Source of the DNA: a virus
Reading direction: 5' to 3' (one strand)
IMG/VR virus record: IMGVR_UViG_3300031578_000001
DNA: 64,000 nt
Of this stretch, positions 26,666-37,200 are shown piece by piece; position 1 is the first letter of the stretch; each line of letters starts with the position of its first letter. Below the pieces are notes generated by a model. That model was given only the letters and a program-made list of their open reading frames with translations. It searched no databases and was not told the DNA's origin. Made by a program: the position numbers and the translations under genes.

Positions 26666-27703
26666 ATGACGACCATTCTCGGTTTTAACACGACGAGTCT
26701 TATGTTCCAGGGCCACCCGCTTAGCGAGGCCGAGGACGATCTCGTCTACTTTTCCGCGGAGGGAGTGCTTGCCGTAGGTGGGTCTGGAACTTCCAAGGCC
26801 CTAACCAAGGTCTATTCTGAACTCCTCGGACTTCCTCTTGATAATGGCGCCTTCACCATATCGAGGTCCTTAGATACGGTTTCGATGGCGAACTCGGCTC
26901 CGGCAGGAGAGACGCACTTCGGAACGCTGGTCCTTGATGCCTCCGGGCACTTTAGTCCGGTAGCGCCGGGTTTATACTATTTCGGGTATACCGGGTTCGA
27001 GTGGCTTGAAGTGGCGACGAACACGCTTTATATCAAACCGGGAGGAGGGGCCGCCAAAGCCGGTGATATTATCACGTCGGATTCAGGTATCGGAATAGAC
27101 GTCTATCTCTATGACTCCTACCTCGGTGATGTTAAAAAATTGATGTCGGAATATGATAACCTCGCCGGGGATGTTACCGGGCTTCTGAACAATACGGTCG
27201 TTGCCAAGATCCACGGTGATATCGTGGATACGGACGCACCTACAACTGGCGATGTATTCCAATGGAACGGGTCGGAGTGGCACCAACAGCCAATTTCGAA
27301 GGTTCGGGCACATTTGAGCACTGACTTTGCTGTTGCGCCCTCTACTTGGAAAAAAGTTCCGTTTGATACGGAGGACTATGATACTCTCTCAGAATACGAT
27401 CCTTCCGCAAACTATAGGTTTACATGCAATGAGGCGGGTTATTACAAGGTTGACGCAGCAGTCAAGTGGGAATTCAGCGCTCAGGGCGATCAAATTCTTA
27501 TAGCTATCCGGCGCAACGGTTCAATAGTTGCTGGCTGCGAAAGATACGTAAGGTATGGTGTATATAATAGCCAGCAAGTTAATGATGTGATCTATTTAAC
27601 AGCATCTCAGTATCTTGAAATCTTCGTATATACCTCATCAAATAGCGCCAACCTAATTGCCAGCGAAGGATCTTCTCACTTTACTGTTCACAGGGTTCTT
27701 TAA
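26666..27703 (+). CDS. fibre protein with a C-terminal C1q/TNF-like beta-sandwich
   Basis: GDVFQWNGSEW fibre motif; W.KVPFDTE.YD....YD....RFTC.EAGYY.V.A.V C1q-like pattern. Confidence 0.65.
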   Translation: MTTILGFNTTSLMFQGHPLSEAEDDLVYFSAEGVLAVGGSGTSKALTKVYSELLGLPLDNGAFTISRSLDTVSMANSAPAGETHFGTLVLDASGHFSPVAPGLYYFGYTGFEWLEVATNTLYIKPGGGAAKAGDIITSDSGIGIDVYLYDSYLGDVKKLMSEYDNLAGDVTGLLNNTVVAKIHGDIVDTDAPTTGDVFQWNGSEWHQQPISKVRAHLSTDFAVAPSTWKKVPFDTEDYDTLSEYDPSANYRFTCNEAGYYKVDAAVKWEFSAQGDQILIAIRRNGSIVAGCERYVRYGVYNSQQVNDVIYLTASQYLEIFVYTSSNSANLIASEGSSHFTVHRVL

Positions 27704-28061
27704 GGACGTGACGACGGGAACGAAATATAGATTGAAGGTGGACAACGGGGTCGTCGTTCTTGAAGAAGTAGTATGAATGTTCCTCGTCCACGAGAGGCAG
27801 ATCTTCCAAGCTAAGTTACTGGCTAAAGACTGCATTCCCATACTATTTCAGAATTATTTCTTGGGTGATTTATTCCCATCCACAAAGGTGGAATGTCATC
27901 ACCCTTTGTCATAAAAAAGGGGGTAGGCTTACCTACTCCCTAATGTCCCCAAAAGAGGACACTTTCCTTCCAGGAGATCTTCAGAATGATCGTGGCTGTC
28001 CGAAGACATATTCGGTCCAAGGAATGGCAGGAGCAGGTCATTCCGGCCATCAGTGAGACTG

Positions 28062-28559
28062 TCAGGTAGGATCCGCTTCCCATGAGGCGTTCCTCTTGAC
28101 GATGATGATGGCATCGGGGATGACCGATTCGATGATGGCCGAAACCACCCTCCAGTCACCCCCGCCAAGGCCGCACCCGTAGCCGTGGGGGAAGTAGATA
28201 GGGAGGTTGTCTCCGTAATGCTTCTTTCGCATGAGGGAGAGCCTCATGAGGCATATTCGGATAGCATTGTAGTCCGTGCGCCTGTAGTTGGTCCCCACGT
28301 CGCACTGGGAAGCGCAGTTGACCACGTAGAGATTGTCCTGGGGATCTCCTACGTTCACGATCTGGATGTCCCCCAGGCTCCACCCGTTCTTCTTGTACTT
28401 GTAGAGGTACAGGTCTCGCACCTTGGGCCAGCGGTCTGCGATGATCTTCGCGAGGCCTGCACCAAACAGGCCGGCGCAGTTCACCTGGTGGGTTATGAAG
28501 CCCGTCTTGAGCCTCATCAGGTCGCCCGGTAGCGCTATCATTGGCGTACTCCTTGTCAC
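28062..28559 (-). CDS. macrodomain (ADP-ribose-binding/hydrolase) protein
   Basis: ITHQVNC.G.FGAGLA..I..RWP and FP...GCGLGGGDW..V..II motifs. Confidence 0.85.
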   Translation of the reverse strand: MTRSTPMIALPGDLMRLKTGFITHQVNCAGLFGAGLAKIIADRWPKVRDLYLYKYKKNGWSLGDIQIVNVGDPQDNLYVVNCASQCDVGTNYRRTDYNAIRICLMRLSLMRKKHYGDNLPIYFPHGYGCGLGGGDWRVVSAIIESVIPDAIIIVKRNASWEADPT

Positions 28560-28676
28560 AGGTCCTCCCTCGTTTCTTAGGCTCGACGGAACCCATTTCG
28601 TTGGGCGTCGTGCTATGATAACCAGTAAAAGAGCGGATGCCTTTCGACACCCGCCCTCGCGGATGATGGCGGTAGG

Positions 28677-28781
28677 TTATCCCGTGACAGACTTGAGAGA
28701 CCTCTTGACGTTTGCAGCGATACGCTGCGCCGCCCGCTTGACCCTCTTGCCTACCGACGGTTTCTTTTCCTTCTTTGCCAT
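28677..28781 (-). CDS. 34-aa highly basic peptide
   Basis: MAKKEKKPSVGKRVKRAA...; GGAGGAG SD. Confidence 0.5.
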   Translation of the reverse strand: MAKKEKKPSVGKRVKRAAQRIAANVKRSLKSVTG

Positions 28782-28821
28782 GTTCTTCTCCTCCACTAAT
28801 GCGACAATTCGCACTCAGTTG

Positions 28822-28830
28822 TCTTATGAC
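28822..28830 (-). promoter_or_regulatory. extended -10-like motif GTCATAAGA
   Basis: Upstream of 28781. Confidence 0.45.
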
Positions 28831-28934
28831 GCATCGGGGATATACTTTTGGTGGAGCAAAAAATAAGCCCCTGTCGGGGAGCAGGATTCCGACAGGGGCA
28901 CCTTGAAACGGTCCCGGGGGCGCGATCCCAGGAC

Positions 28935-29105
28935 TTAGACTTTCTTTTTCTTTTCCTTCCTCTCTTTGGCCAGGTACTCCTCGAGGGCCTCCGTCACGAT
29001 AATCTGGATGGAGACCCTATGCTTGGCCGCATGAACCCTGACCTTGTTTCCAGTCGCCTTCGGGATCCTGGTGGTCAGCGGCTCGAGATTCTCTTTGTCG
29101 GGCAT
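28935..29105 (-). CDS. ribbon-helix-helix DNA-binding protein
   Basis: LTTRIPK...KVRVHAAKHRVSIQIIVTEALEEYL; not in the ORF track. Confidence 0.65.
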   Translation of the reverse strand: MPDKENLEPLTTRIPKATGNKVRVHAAKHRVSIQIIVTEALEEYLAKERKEKKKKV

Positions 29106-29108
29106 GGC

Positions 29109-29879
29109 TCAGATTTCGAGTGAAAAGTAGATAGGAGCCTCACTCTTGAGGGACACGTCTTTGCCGGTGGCCTTCAGGAATAAGGCGTTGATCTTAGCGA
29201 CAGAATCGAATTTGACGGTTACGTTTCCGGCCAAGGCCTCCTTTGAGACTGCGCCTCGGATCTCGAAGCCGACACTTCCGTCCTTGGACATGATCGGAAC
29301 GATGCTGATCATGTCCCAAGGAATCCCGGCCTTCATGAGGTCTCCGACGACGTCGCGGATGTCGGGTCGGTAGCTCCTCTTCGGTTGGGGGACGGGGACC
29401 TTCTCTGGTTCCCCGAGGGCGACGATCTCGTTTTCCTGAGACTCTTCGAAGTCATCAGCGGCCGGGATGGCCTGGCTGATTAGGTAGCGGGCGACAGTGA
29501 CGAATGCGAGGACGATCCCAGCCTTCGCCTCCGACTTCTCCTTTGCGCTGTCCTCGATCATCTTCACGATGAGAGGGATCTCCTCGAAGACGTAGGAGAG
29601 TTCGTTGGCGTTATTCGCCATGATCGCATCCGTATCGCCCAGGTAATTCTCCGTGATCCCCGAGAGGACCGAGGACACGCTCATGGCTTCGAACGATTCC
29701 CAGATCTTGGAGAAGGCCGCTACGAGGCCGATGGTGTACTTATCGTTCCCGGATCCTGGAATGGAGAGTCTCGATCTCAGTGCTGGGCACGCTTCGGCGG
29801 CCTCTTGGACGACTTGCTCGTTGATGAGCAGGCGCTTCGGGGGATCGATCGAGGCCAGGAGTTTGATTGCCTGTGTCAT
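29109..29879 (-). CDS. hypothetical protein
   Basis: 256 aa; GGAG SD. Confidence 0.7.
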   Translation of the reverse strand: MTQAIKLLASIDPPKRLLINEQVVQEAAEACPALRSRLSIPGSGNDKYTIGLVAAFSKIWESFEAMSVSSVLSGITENYLGDTDAIMANNANELSYVFEEIPLIVKMIEDSAKEKSEAKAGIVLAFVTVARYLISQAIPAADDFEESQENEIVALGEPEKVPVPQPKRSYRPDIRDVVGDLMKAGIPWDMISIVPIMSKDGSVGFEIRGAVSKEALAGNVTVKFDSVAKINALFLKATGKDVSLKSEAPIYFSLEI

Positions 29880-30058
29880 TCAAGTTCTCCCTAATGCTTC
29901 ACTACCCTTGCAAGATTACATGCAAGCATCTAAGCAATCAAGGATAAAAAGATAAAATTTATTGGATCATGGTTACGGTCCTTCATGTCTCTGTTGATAA
30001 CCCCAAGGGCTAACATATACTAAGAAGATGAAAGAGACTCTTATGAGACGGTGCGAGG

Positions 30059-32029
30059 ATGGCTGATCCAAATAGATTCTCGATTCCGGTGATCGATTTC
30101 ATCACGCAGATTCTGCGTGAATCGTCTCCCTCGATGGACCTCTCCAGGGGGAGCGCGAACTACCAGCAGCTCGTCCTGCCGGCGTCGGTGATCCTACAAC
30201 CGTTCAGGGACCGGAGCAACGTCATCAAGCGTAATCAGAGCCTTCGCAACTACCAGCTCATGGACGAGAGCGAGATGGACCGGAAGGCCGCTAACTTTCT
30301 CGTCGAGCGCAGTCTCGGGTCCAGGGCCTTCGGGCTCCAGCGCGTCTACTTCGCCGAGGAAAGGGCCGTCTACATCGACGAGAGTGCCCTATTCCTCGAT
30401 GACCAGGATCATAGATGGAGGCCGGTGGTTCCCGTGTCCGCCACCTCCATTGAGCTCTCGGCCAATGTGGTCACGGAAACGAACGAGTATTTTCTCGACG
30501 TGGCCGTCGTAGCCGAGGCAGATGGTGAGGAGTATCGGGCCGAGGCCGGGCAGGTGAACAGGGTCACGAACGTGGTAGGAGCCACGCGCACGACGAACCT
30601 GTCCGACTACTTCCGGGGCGATGATCCTGAGACCAACACCAAACTCTTCGTTCGGATCGTTGAGTCGATCACGAACAGGGATCTCGTGAAGTCGACCGCG
30701 ATCGTCGCGGCCATCAAGGACGCATTCCCAACGGTGCGTGCCGCCATCCCGATCGGGTACGGAGACACGGAAATGCTCAGGGATGTGGTCGAGGCCATTG
30801 TCTCGATCGATCAGGTCCTCCGGTTCTCTTTCTGCCAGAAGGTCAACCTACCTCTTGATGAGAACGGGGATGTGAAATGGTTCGACGATTCCGGTAATCC
30901 GATCATCAGTCCGGTCGGTGGCTACGTAGCTGGTGTCGTGGATGTGACCGGAGTGGACTTCAACAATGTGATCCTTTCCTCGGCTCCGGACACGTCAGTG
31001 CGCATCTCAGTTCAGCCCGGGTTCAGGGTTCGCATGTACGAGGCGTACAGCGGAGATTCGGACGCCGGCGACTACAGCGTGACCCGTGTGGAAGAGGTTC
31101 CTATCACTCCGAACGGAACCCCGATCAAGGTCATGAGGCTGAACCGACCTTTCGGAGATCCGCAGATCTCGACCTGGGATCCGGACACGGACTTCGATAA
31201 GTATTCCTACACGATCTTCGGAGGGGCGAGTACGAAGACGTTCCACATCGGTGGAAAGATCGATGTCTACATCGATTCGACAGCCGACGAGGAGGACTTT
31301 GTCATCGTGAGTACACTTCCCGAGATTGCCAATGGTGTCTCGGAGATTCAGATCACGGATATCAATTCGATCAACCCGTCCACGAACCTTCCGCTCTTCG
31401 AGAATAACAAGCCCTTCAGGCTTCCGATGCTCGGGATCTTAAAGGTGGAACAGGTGGACTTCGAGGACGACGCGAAGGTGGAGAGGGAGCTCGTCGCTGA
31501 CGCGAACTTCAGGTTCGTCTCGGCCGAGTCCCGCGGAAAGTACACGAGGGCTGAGGACGATGTTCTCATCATAAAGGGATTCGAGAGTGACGGTACGACG
31601 CCGGCGTTCACGGGCCGAAGGATCAAGATCTACTACACCACGAACTCCGACATTCCGCTGATCCAGGACTGGGCGAACCTTCCCACCATCAGAGACATCG
31701 GGAAGGACACGCTCATTAAGCCGAATAAGACCGCCATTGTCGATATCGAGCTATCCTACACTGGCCCTCTCGAAGTCTCCGAGGTGGATGAGATTCTCAG
31801 CAACTACATCAAGGCGAAAGGATTCGGAGGGACGATCAGTTCCCACGAGGTGGACGCCCTTCTCGCCGTGTTTGGTGTTACGGACGTACAGCACCCGGTC
31901 TACCTGCGTCTCAGGAGGGACATCGGAAACGGGGTCACTGAGTTCGACATTTCGCAGGATTCCCTCACGGCCCGGGCCAATGAGGTCTTCTATCCTGCGA
32001 GCTCACTATCACTGACGAAGATCACATGA
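30059..32029 (+). CDS. baseplate J-like wedge protein
   Basis: Pattern including A...G..Y...AG.....N......G.D.ETN..L..RI..SI..R.L; context. Confidence 0.7.
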   Translation: MADPNRFSIPVIDFITQILRESSPSMDLSRGSANYQQLVLPASVILQPFRDRSNVIKRNQSLRNYQLMDESEMDRKAANFLVERSLGSRAFGLQRVYFAEERAVYIDESALFLDDQDHRWRPVVPVSATSIELSANVVTETNEYFLDVAVVAEADGEEYRAEAGQVNRVTNVVGATRTTNLSDYFRGDDPETNTKLFVRIVESITNRDLVKSTAIVAAIKDAFPTVRAAIPIGYGDTEMLRDVVEAIVSIDQVLRFSFCQKVNLPLDENGDVKWFDDSGNPIISPVGGYVAGVVDVTGVDFNNVILSSAPDTSVRISVQPGFRVRMYEAYSGDSDAGDYSVTRVEEVPITPNGTPIKVMRLNRPFGDPQISTWDPDTDFDKYSYTIFGGASTKTFHIGGKIDVYIDSTADEEDFVIVSTLPEIANGVSEIQITDINSINPSTNLPLFENNKPFRLPMLGILKVEQVDFEDDAKVERELVADANFRFVSAESRGKYTRAEDDVLIIKGFESDGTTPAFTGRRIKIYYTTNSDIPLIQDWANLPTIRDIGKDTLIKPNKTAIVDIELSYTGPLEVSEVDEILSNYIKAKGFGGTISSHEVDALLAVFGVTDVQHPVYLRLRRDIGNGVTEFDISQDSLTARANEVFYPASSLSLTKIT

Positions 32030-34899
32030 CAAGAATCTTCGACCCAAATCCGATTTTCGATCTCCTCAGATCGTTCTGGCGAAAACATTACAAGGACAGG
32101 AAGAAGCTGGAACGATTCTGGGAGGGGTTCGTTCGTTTGATGGACGACGAGTACGCCTCCATCGAGCAGATCAGCGACGCTGGATCCGTGATCTCGTGCC
32201 CGTCGTTCATCTATCACACCTACCTCTACAGGAAGCTCGAGGACTGGAAGATCTACGGTGTTCCTCACAAGCACTTCTCGAAGAGGTTCAGGGCATCCGC
32301 CGGCCAGACAGTGTTCTACTTGGGCGTATGGGTGAATACCGGCCTTACCCAGGTGTTCCTGCACGGCAAGGAAACCGATCCTCTGGTGGACCCTTATAAG
32401 ATCACATTCGAGCAGGACTCGACGCAGCCAGGGACCAATCCTACCGGCGCCAGGCTGATCTTCCAGAACCCGCTGAGCGTCAACGCTCCAGTGGCTGTCT
32501 TCTCCGACCGGGAGGTGGCGAGGCAGGAAGTCGAGGTCACCTCTTCCGGGTTGTACGACATCACGTTTCCAGGGGACGTGGATGAATCTTCCATCCGTAT
32601 GATCCTGAAGAAGATCAATCTCACGAGGTTTCTCGACGTTCAGCCCCAGTCCTTTTCGTGGAAGACCTTTCCATCCGGTGTCCAAGACACCAGGATCTTT
32701 CGTCGTGGAGAAGTATTCGAAATCGTTGACGGAGCCGTCAGGCAGACCGTCTCCCTTTCGGTGACGGGACAAAGCGTTTCGATTCCTACGGCCGTGAATC
32801 CGCTGACCGCCAATGTATACCGTCTAATTGACCTCGATATCACCGACGGAAAGATCACGATGGATGGAGCTGTCCTTCGATCCGGAAATCAGGCCTTTCC
32901 TCCGTCGTCCCTGGTCCGGGCCGCCGATTTCATCGGAAGCGAGGGCATCGAGGTCAAGGAGGCCGTTAGCTCGATCGAGTACAGGAGAGCGTACGACTCA
33001 TCGTCGTTCAAGGCGTTCATGTATGCCGGTGAGATCACAGGAGGCTACTCTTCCGTGGAGGATAAGATCACCTTCTCCAGATCCTTCATGGAGGGAGTGG
33101 TCCTGGTTGTCGAGGCCAATCTGAACGAGGATAACGACCATGCCGAGTACAGGCAGGTCACCTCAGCCCTCACTAACCAGATTTCCGTTCCGATCACGAG
33201 ACCATTTGCACTCACGGCAGGTCTGGCGGAGAGGCCGAACTACCCGGTCATGCTCTTCATAGACGGCGTGCTTCAACCACTTGATACCTACACGTTCCTC
33301 TCGACGGTCACGCTCCAGATGAATACCAGTGTGATCCCGCAGACCTCGGTCGTGGATCTCTACTACGTAGACCTCGAGGAGCCTGAGCCTCATCTCCATG
33401 TTGTAGAGCGCATCCGTGTGAAGACTCCGACGGTCGCTTTCCATCTCGAGTCGAAGCCAGCGGATCGATACCCGAGGATCGTGACAGTCTCGGGTATCAT
33501 GGAGAGCGATAAGACGAAGAGGTACTTCGTACAGGACGGGGAGTTCCTTAATTTCTACCAGCCACTTTCGAGCGGGTCTCTCGTTCAGGTCAGAGGAGCC
33601 AAGAAGTCATTCCGTTTCTACCATGACATCGACACGGAGTTCGTGAAGGCAGACTATCTCCAGAATGGAATCGACGAGAAGTCAGGCAAAATTCCAGGAG
33701 GATGGACGATCCAGCTTCCGTGGAGATCGGGGTTTCTGATCACGTCCGGCATCCTCGAGTCCGACTACAACATCGAGAATGCCTGGTTCGTCAATGCCTT
33801 TGTCGACGAGCGCACGGGCTACAACAACTTCGGGTTCCTTGTCGAGTTTGATCGGCAGACGTCAAACGAATATATTCGGATCCTGCGGGCCATGTTCTCT
33901 GGCAACTACGCAGGGTCTCAGATCTGGACGATTGAGTCCCTCGTCTGCATCCTACTCGGCTCTGAGTATCTCGATGAGTCCGGTGCGGTGGACTCGATCT
34001 CCGGCAATCTGGTACGGATCGGCGACAGAACTTACGACGTCGATCCGGAGGTAGGACCTCGTGTGAAGCCCGGTGTCGAGTACGGGAAGTATCACGCTGT
34101 TTCGGCGATGGCCGAGGTCATCGATGACTGGGAGCCGTTCCCCGAGATCGCTCTGATCGCGAGCGACTTCTCGGATACCTATTCTTACGCCAGGACTCTC
34201 GATGTGCATCGGGACCGTATTCTCAATGGTCCGAGCTGTCATTACGACAGCCATCTCGATCGTATCATCGATCCCGATACAGACTTCTTCCTCAAGGAGG
34301 TGTGGCCTGGAGATCTAATCGCCGTCTTTACCCAGAACGATCCGAGTACGGCGCTTTACGGTCGAGTGATCAGGGTCGAACGGCACACTCTTCAGACAAC
34401 GATCATTCCCGATGTGCTTCCCAGCGCCTACGGCCGCGGACGCTTTGGCCAGTGGGCCTACGGTGTCGGTTCGCTTATAATACCTCTTGATAGGTACCGG
34501 ATCTGGGTGAGGAGGACTGACACCCTTGATGTCTACCGTCACCTTGACGAGGCTCTCCAGGAGGATGTTCCGTATCTCGCAGAGCGTCTTCATGACCTTC
34601 TGTCCACGTTCACTTTTCTCGTGAACATCAAGTGGTCCTCCGTGAGAGATGGGACGGCACTCAGGGATGTTGAGAATCTCGTCGAGCGTCTCAAACCCAA
34701 GGAGCAGCGAGGGATCATCATGACGAGAGCCTTCGATGGAGGGCTCGTCGAAGAGGTCGTCGGTCAAGTGCTGGACCAGGAGCCCACGATCACTGAAGTT
34801 CCGAACTACGCTTTCGTGTCTTCGGTTCCGGAGATCATTGGAATAGTGGGAGAGAACGGCCAGATCAGCCCTAACATGGGTTCGTTCCTCGGTCCGTAG
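32026..34899 (+). CDS. baseplate wedge protein (gpI/gp7-like context)
   Basis: 957 aa; ATGA-coupled to baseplate J; C-terminal V..LKP motif. Confidence 0.6.
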   Translation: MTRIFDPNPIFDLLRSFWRKHYKDRKKLERFWEGFVRLMDDEYASIEQISDAGSVISCPSFIYHTYLYRKLEDWKIYGVPHKHFSKRFRASAGQTVFYLGVWVNTGLTQVFLHGKETDPLVDPYKITFEQDSTQPGTNPTGARLIFQNPLSVNAPVAVFSDREVARQEVEVTSSGLYDITFPGDVDESSIRMILKKINLTRFLDVQPQSFSWKTFPSGVQDTRIFRRGEVFEIVDGAVRQTVSLSVTGQSVSIPTAVNPLTANVYRLIDLDITDGKITMDGAVLRSGNQAFPPSSLVRAADFIGSEGIEVKEAVSSIEYRRAYDSSSFKAFMYAGEITGGYSSVEDKITFSRSFMEGVVLVVEANLNEDNDHAEYRQVTSALTNQISVPITRPFALTAGLAERPNYPVMLFIDGVLQPLDTYTFLSTVTLQMNTSVIPQTSVVDLYYVDLEEPEPHLHVVERIRVKTPTVAFHLESKPADRYPRIVTVSGIMESDKTKRYFVQDGEFLNFYQPLSSGSLVQVRGAKKSFRFYHDIDTEFVKADYLQNGIDEKSGKIPGGWTIQLPWRSGFLITSGILESDYNIENAWFVNAFVDERTGYNNFGFLVEFDRQTSNEYIRILRAMFSGNYAGSQIWTIESLVCILLGSEYLDESGAVDSISGNLVRIGDRTYDVDPEVGPRVKPGVEYGKYHAVSAMAEVIDDWEPFPEIALIASDFSDTYSYARTLDVHRDRILNGPSCHYDSHLDRIIDPDTDFFLKEVWPGDLIAVFTQNDPSTALYGRVIRVERHTLQTTIIPDVLPSAYGRGRFGQWAYGVGSLIIPLDRYRIWVRRTDTLDVYRHLDEALQEDVPYLAERLHDLLSTFTFLVNIKWSSVRDGTALRDVENLVERLKPKEQRGIIMTRAFDGGLVEEVVGQVLDQEPTITEVPNYAFVSSVPEIIGIVGENGQISPNMGSFLGP

Positions 34900-34907
34900 G
34901 AGTTCTT

Positions 34908-36230
34908 ATGGACAAGGTCAATTTCAGCGACAGAGAGAAGCTTGTACCGGAGGACATGAATGCCCTCCACGACCTGGCGGAGGTGGCCCTCGCGGATCTC
35001 GTCCGTTCGGTTACGGGAGGGTCGGCGGATGTCTTGTTCAAGAATGCTCCCCCGACGGCCATTCACGTGTCTCCCAACATCAGAATCGACGTGCCGGAGC
35101 AGTGGTTTGCGGTTTCCGGGGTCACGGAAAAAGTGCTCGCTGCAACGATCAACAAGCCCGACATACCCGACTATCATCGGATCTTCTTCATCATATCGAG
35201 AGTAGATCAGACCGGAAGTCGGGACTTCTTCCAGATCGTCGGTGGATCGGTTCAGGTCGTGACGCAGACTTCGGTGATCAGGAAGAATACGGCGGTCCGA
35301 ATCGAAGTTCTGAGCTCTGGGAATCCAGCAGTGGCTCCGGGGACCCCCACACTCAATCCGAACGACATCGGGTATATCGAGCTCGCATCGGTCGTGTGGA
35401 ACGGGACTGTGATCTCGGTGGCCCATAATATATCGGCGCTCTACGCGTTCCCTGGGGCATCGATCGCTCCGACGGGTCACGCGCCCACGCACTTGCCAGG
35501 GGGTGGGGACGCCATCCAATTGGCGACACTGGGAAGTGATCCGCTGGGTTCGACTCCTGGTCTGGTTCCCTCCGGCGCCTTCGCTGTCTTGATGGCCGCA
35601 CTCCAGACGCTGGAAATCTCGCCACAGGCGAAGTTCCTCACGAAGATCATCAGTGGAACCAATAGTTCTATCGACCCGAAGAAGGTGGAGCTGGCTCTCA
35701 AGATCAACCAGTCTCTCGCCGGCTTCTTTGATTCTCAGACGGGACAGACACTGCTCGGAGTCAACTTCGCGAAAGGTCCGTACGCCGGCGACTCTCCTCT
35801 GGTCGCGAGCGGGAACCACAGGCACCCGCCAAGCCAGTCTCCTGTTGCCGTGCTGATTGAGCATGCCACGGTGCAGGCGTCCGATCTCGGTACTCTCATC
35901 TCGATTCCGAGGTTTGTCGGTGTCTCCAGGATCTACACGACGCAGGTGTTCTGGGCACCTCCGGGCAAGGTCAGCCCTCCCTACCCTCAGATCGAGTGTG
36001 GATGGGATGAGAGGACGGCCGGGAACTTCACCGGGGCAAAGGTCCATATCATCTCTCAGGACGAGGTGAAGCTCGAGCTCGGCTTCAAGGCGATCACCCG
36101 CATGGGTCAGGCAGCTCTCGACTATGTGCTCAGCACACTGCCTGCGCCGACGCCGAACTGGACCTACGCCGATGCCATCTCGGAGCCGACCGAGGGCGAG
36201 ATGTATGTGAAAGTGATCGGTCTCAGATGA
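34908..36230 (+). CDS. baseplate/tail-associated structural protein
   Basis: 440 aa; in the baseplate operon. Confidence 0.6.
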   Translation: MDKVNFSDREKLVPEDMNALHDLAEVALADLVRSVTGGSADVLFKNAPPTAIHVSPNIRIDVPEQWFAVSGVTEKVLAATINKPDIPDYHRIFFIISRVDQTGSRDFFQIVGGSVQVVTQTSVIRKNTAVRIEVLSSGNPAVAPGTPTLNPNDIGYIELASVVWNGTVISVAHNISALYAFPGASIAPTGHAPTHLPGGGDAIQLATLGSDPLGSTPGLVPSGAFAVLMAALQTLEISPQAKFLTKIISGTNSSIDPKKVELALKINQSLAGFFDSQTGQTLLGVNFAKGPYAGDSPLVASGNHRHPPSQSPVAVLIEHATVQASDLGTLISIPRFVGVSRIYTTQVFWAPPGKVSPPYPQIECGWDERTAGNFTGAKVHIISQDEVKLELGFKAITRMGQAALDYVLSTLPAPTPNWTYADAISEPTEGEMYVKVIGLR

Positions 36231-36745
36231 TGGAACAACGAGAGAAGATCGAGGGCAGGATCTCCGGGTTCCTGATGGTGTATGAGTGCCGCAACGGCGG
36301 AGAGCCAGTTCTCGTCCTGGACGGACGCAACTCGATCACCGATTATTCGGAGACGATCATCAAGGGACTCCTGGCCAGAAACCCTGAGGACTTCATGATC
36401 GACGGCATCGCTATCGGCCTTGGGGGCGATGCCGAGATCTCCGAGCCTCACAACGATACGGGTGCCAGAGTGGCTCCGGATCCGGTCGAGGAGACGATGC
36501 GGATCCCTCTCGAGACCATCCTGATTCAGATGACCCAGGAGGTGTCCGGAGGGATCGAATTCACGGCTCTCGCTCGACCTGATCAGGCCATTTCCGATAA
36601 CATCAACGAGTTCGGCCTGGTGGCTCGGAACGGTAAGATCTTCGCTCACTACGTCCCCGATGCGGACCCGACCAGGGCGGAGAAGAAGCCCAAGACCGAC
36701 ATCTACTGGATCATGAAGTGGACCGTGGAATACGCCAATGCGTAG
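36227..36745 (+). CDS. baseplate/tail-fibre attachment protein
   Basis: IAIGLGG...EFTA......INEFGL pattern of fibre-proximal baseplate proteins. Confidence 0.55.
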   Translation: MMEQREKIEGRISGFLMVYECRNGGEPVLVLDGRNSITDYSETIIKGLLARNPEDFMIDGIAIGLGGDAEISEPHNDTGARVAPDPVEETMRIPLETILIQMTQEVSGGIEFTALARPDQAISDNINEFGLVARNGKIFAHYVPDADPTRAEKKPKTDIYWIMKWTVEYANA

Positions 36746-36753
36746 GAGGGGCC

Positions 36754-37200
36754 ATGAATGAGATTCCCAATAGCATGCAGAAACAGGAGCCGGTGAGGAT
36801 CTCCAAGAGGGATCTCGACATGCTCCAGTACAACCGAGAGCTGATGCGCAGGGCCTCGCTGACCGGTCCGTCAACCATGCTCATGGGAGCCGACCTTCCC
36901 ATGATCCGGACGTTTGCCCAGGAAACCTTCATGCAGATGTCCAACATGCACCCGGACCAATTCAAGGGAAAGACCGTGAGGGACTGGGAGGAAGCCATCA
37001 AGACTTTCATCCAGTCCAGACGCCCGGAGTTCAAGAACGAGATCCTCACCAAGATGAAAGCAAGGTACGCCGAGGGAGGGGACGTTCCGAACGTGGTCCT
37101 GTCGAAGTCCATGGAACAGGAGGGTATGCAGCAGAAGAAGGCCAGTGCCCTCGACGCTCTCCTCTCCAAGGCTCTCGATGTCGTGGAGGCATCCGAGTGA
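36754..37200 (+). CDS. hypothetical protein
   Basis: Start at 36754 with an AGGAGG SD. Confidence 0.65.
   Translation: MNEIPNSMQKQEPVRISKRDLDMLQYNRELMRRASLTGPSTMLMGADLPMIRTFAQETFMQMSNMHPDQFKGKTVRDWEEAIKTFIQSRRPEFKNEILTKMKARYAEGGDVPNVVLSKSMEQEGMQQKKASALDALLSKALDVVEASE

Noticed and set aside
34806-36047. 413-aa minus-strand ORF
   Set aside because: Antisense to a coupled baseplate operon gene, with no motifs.
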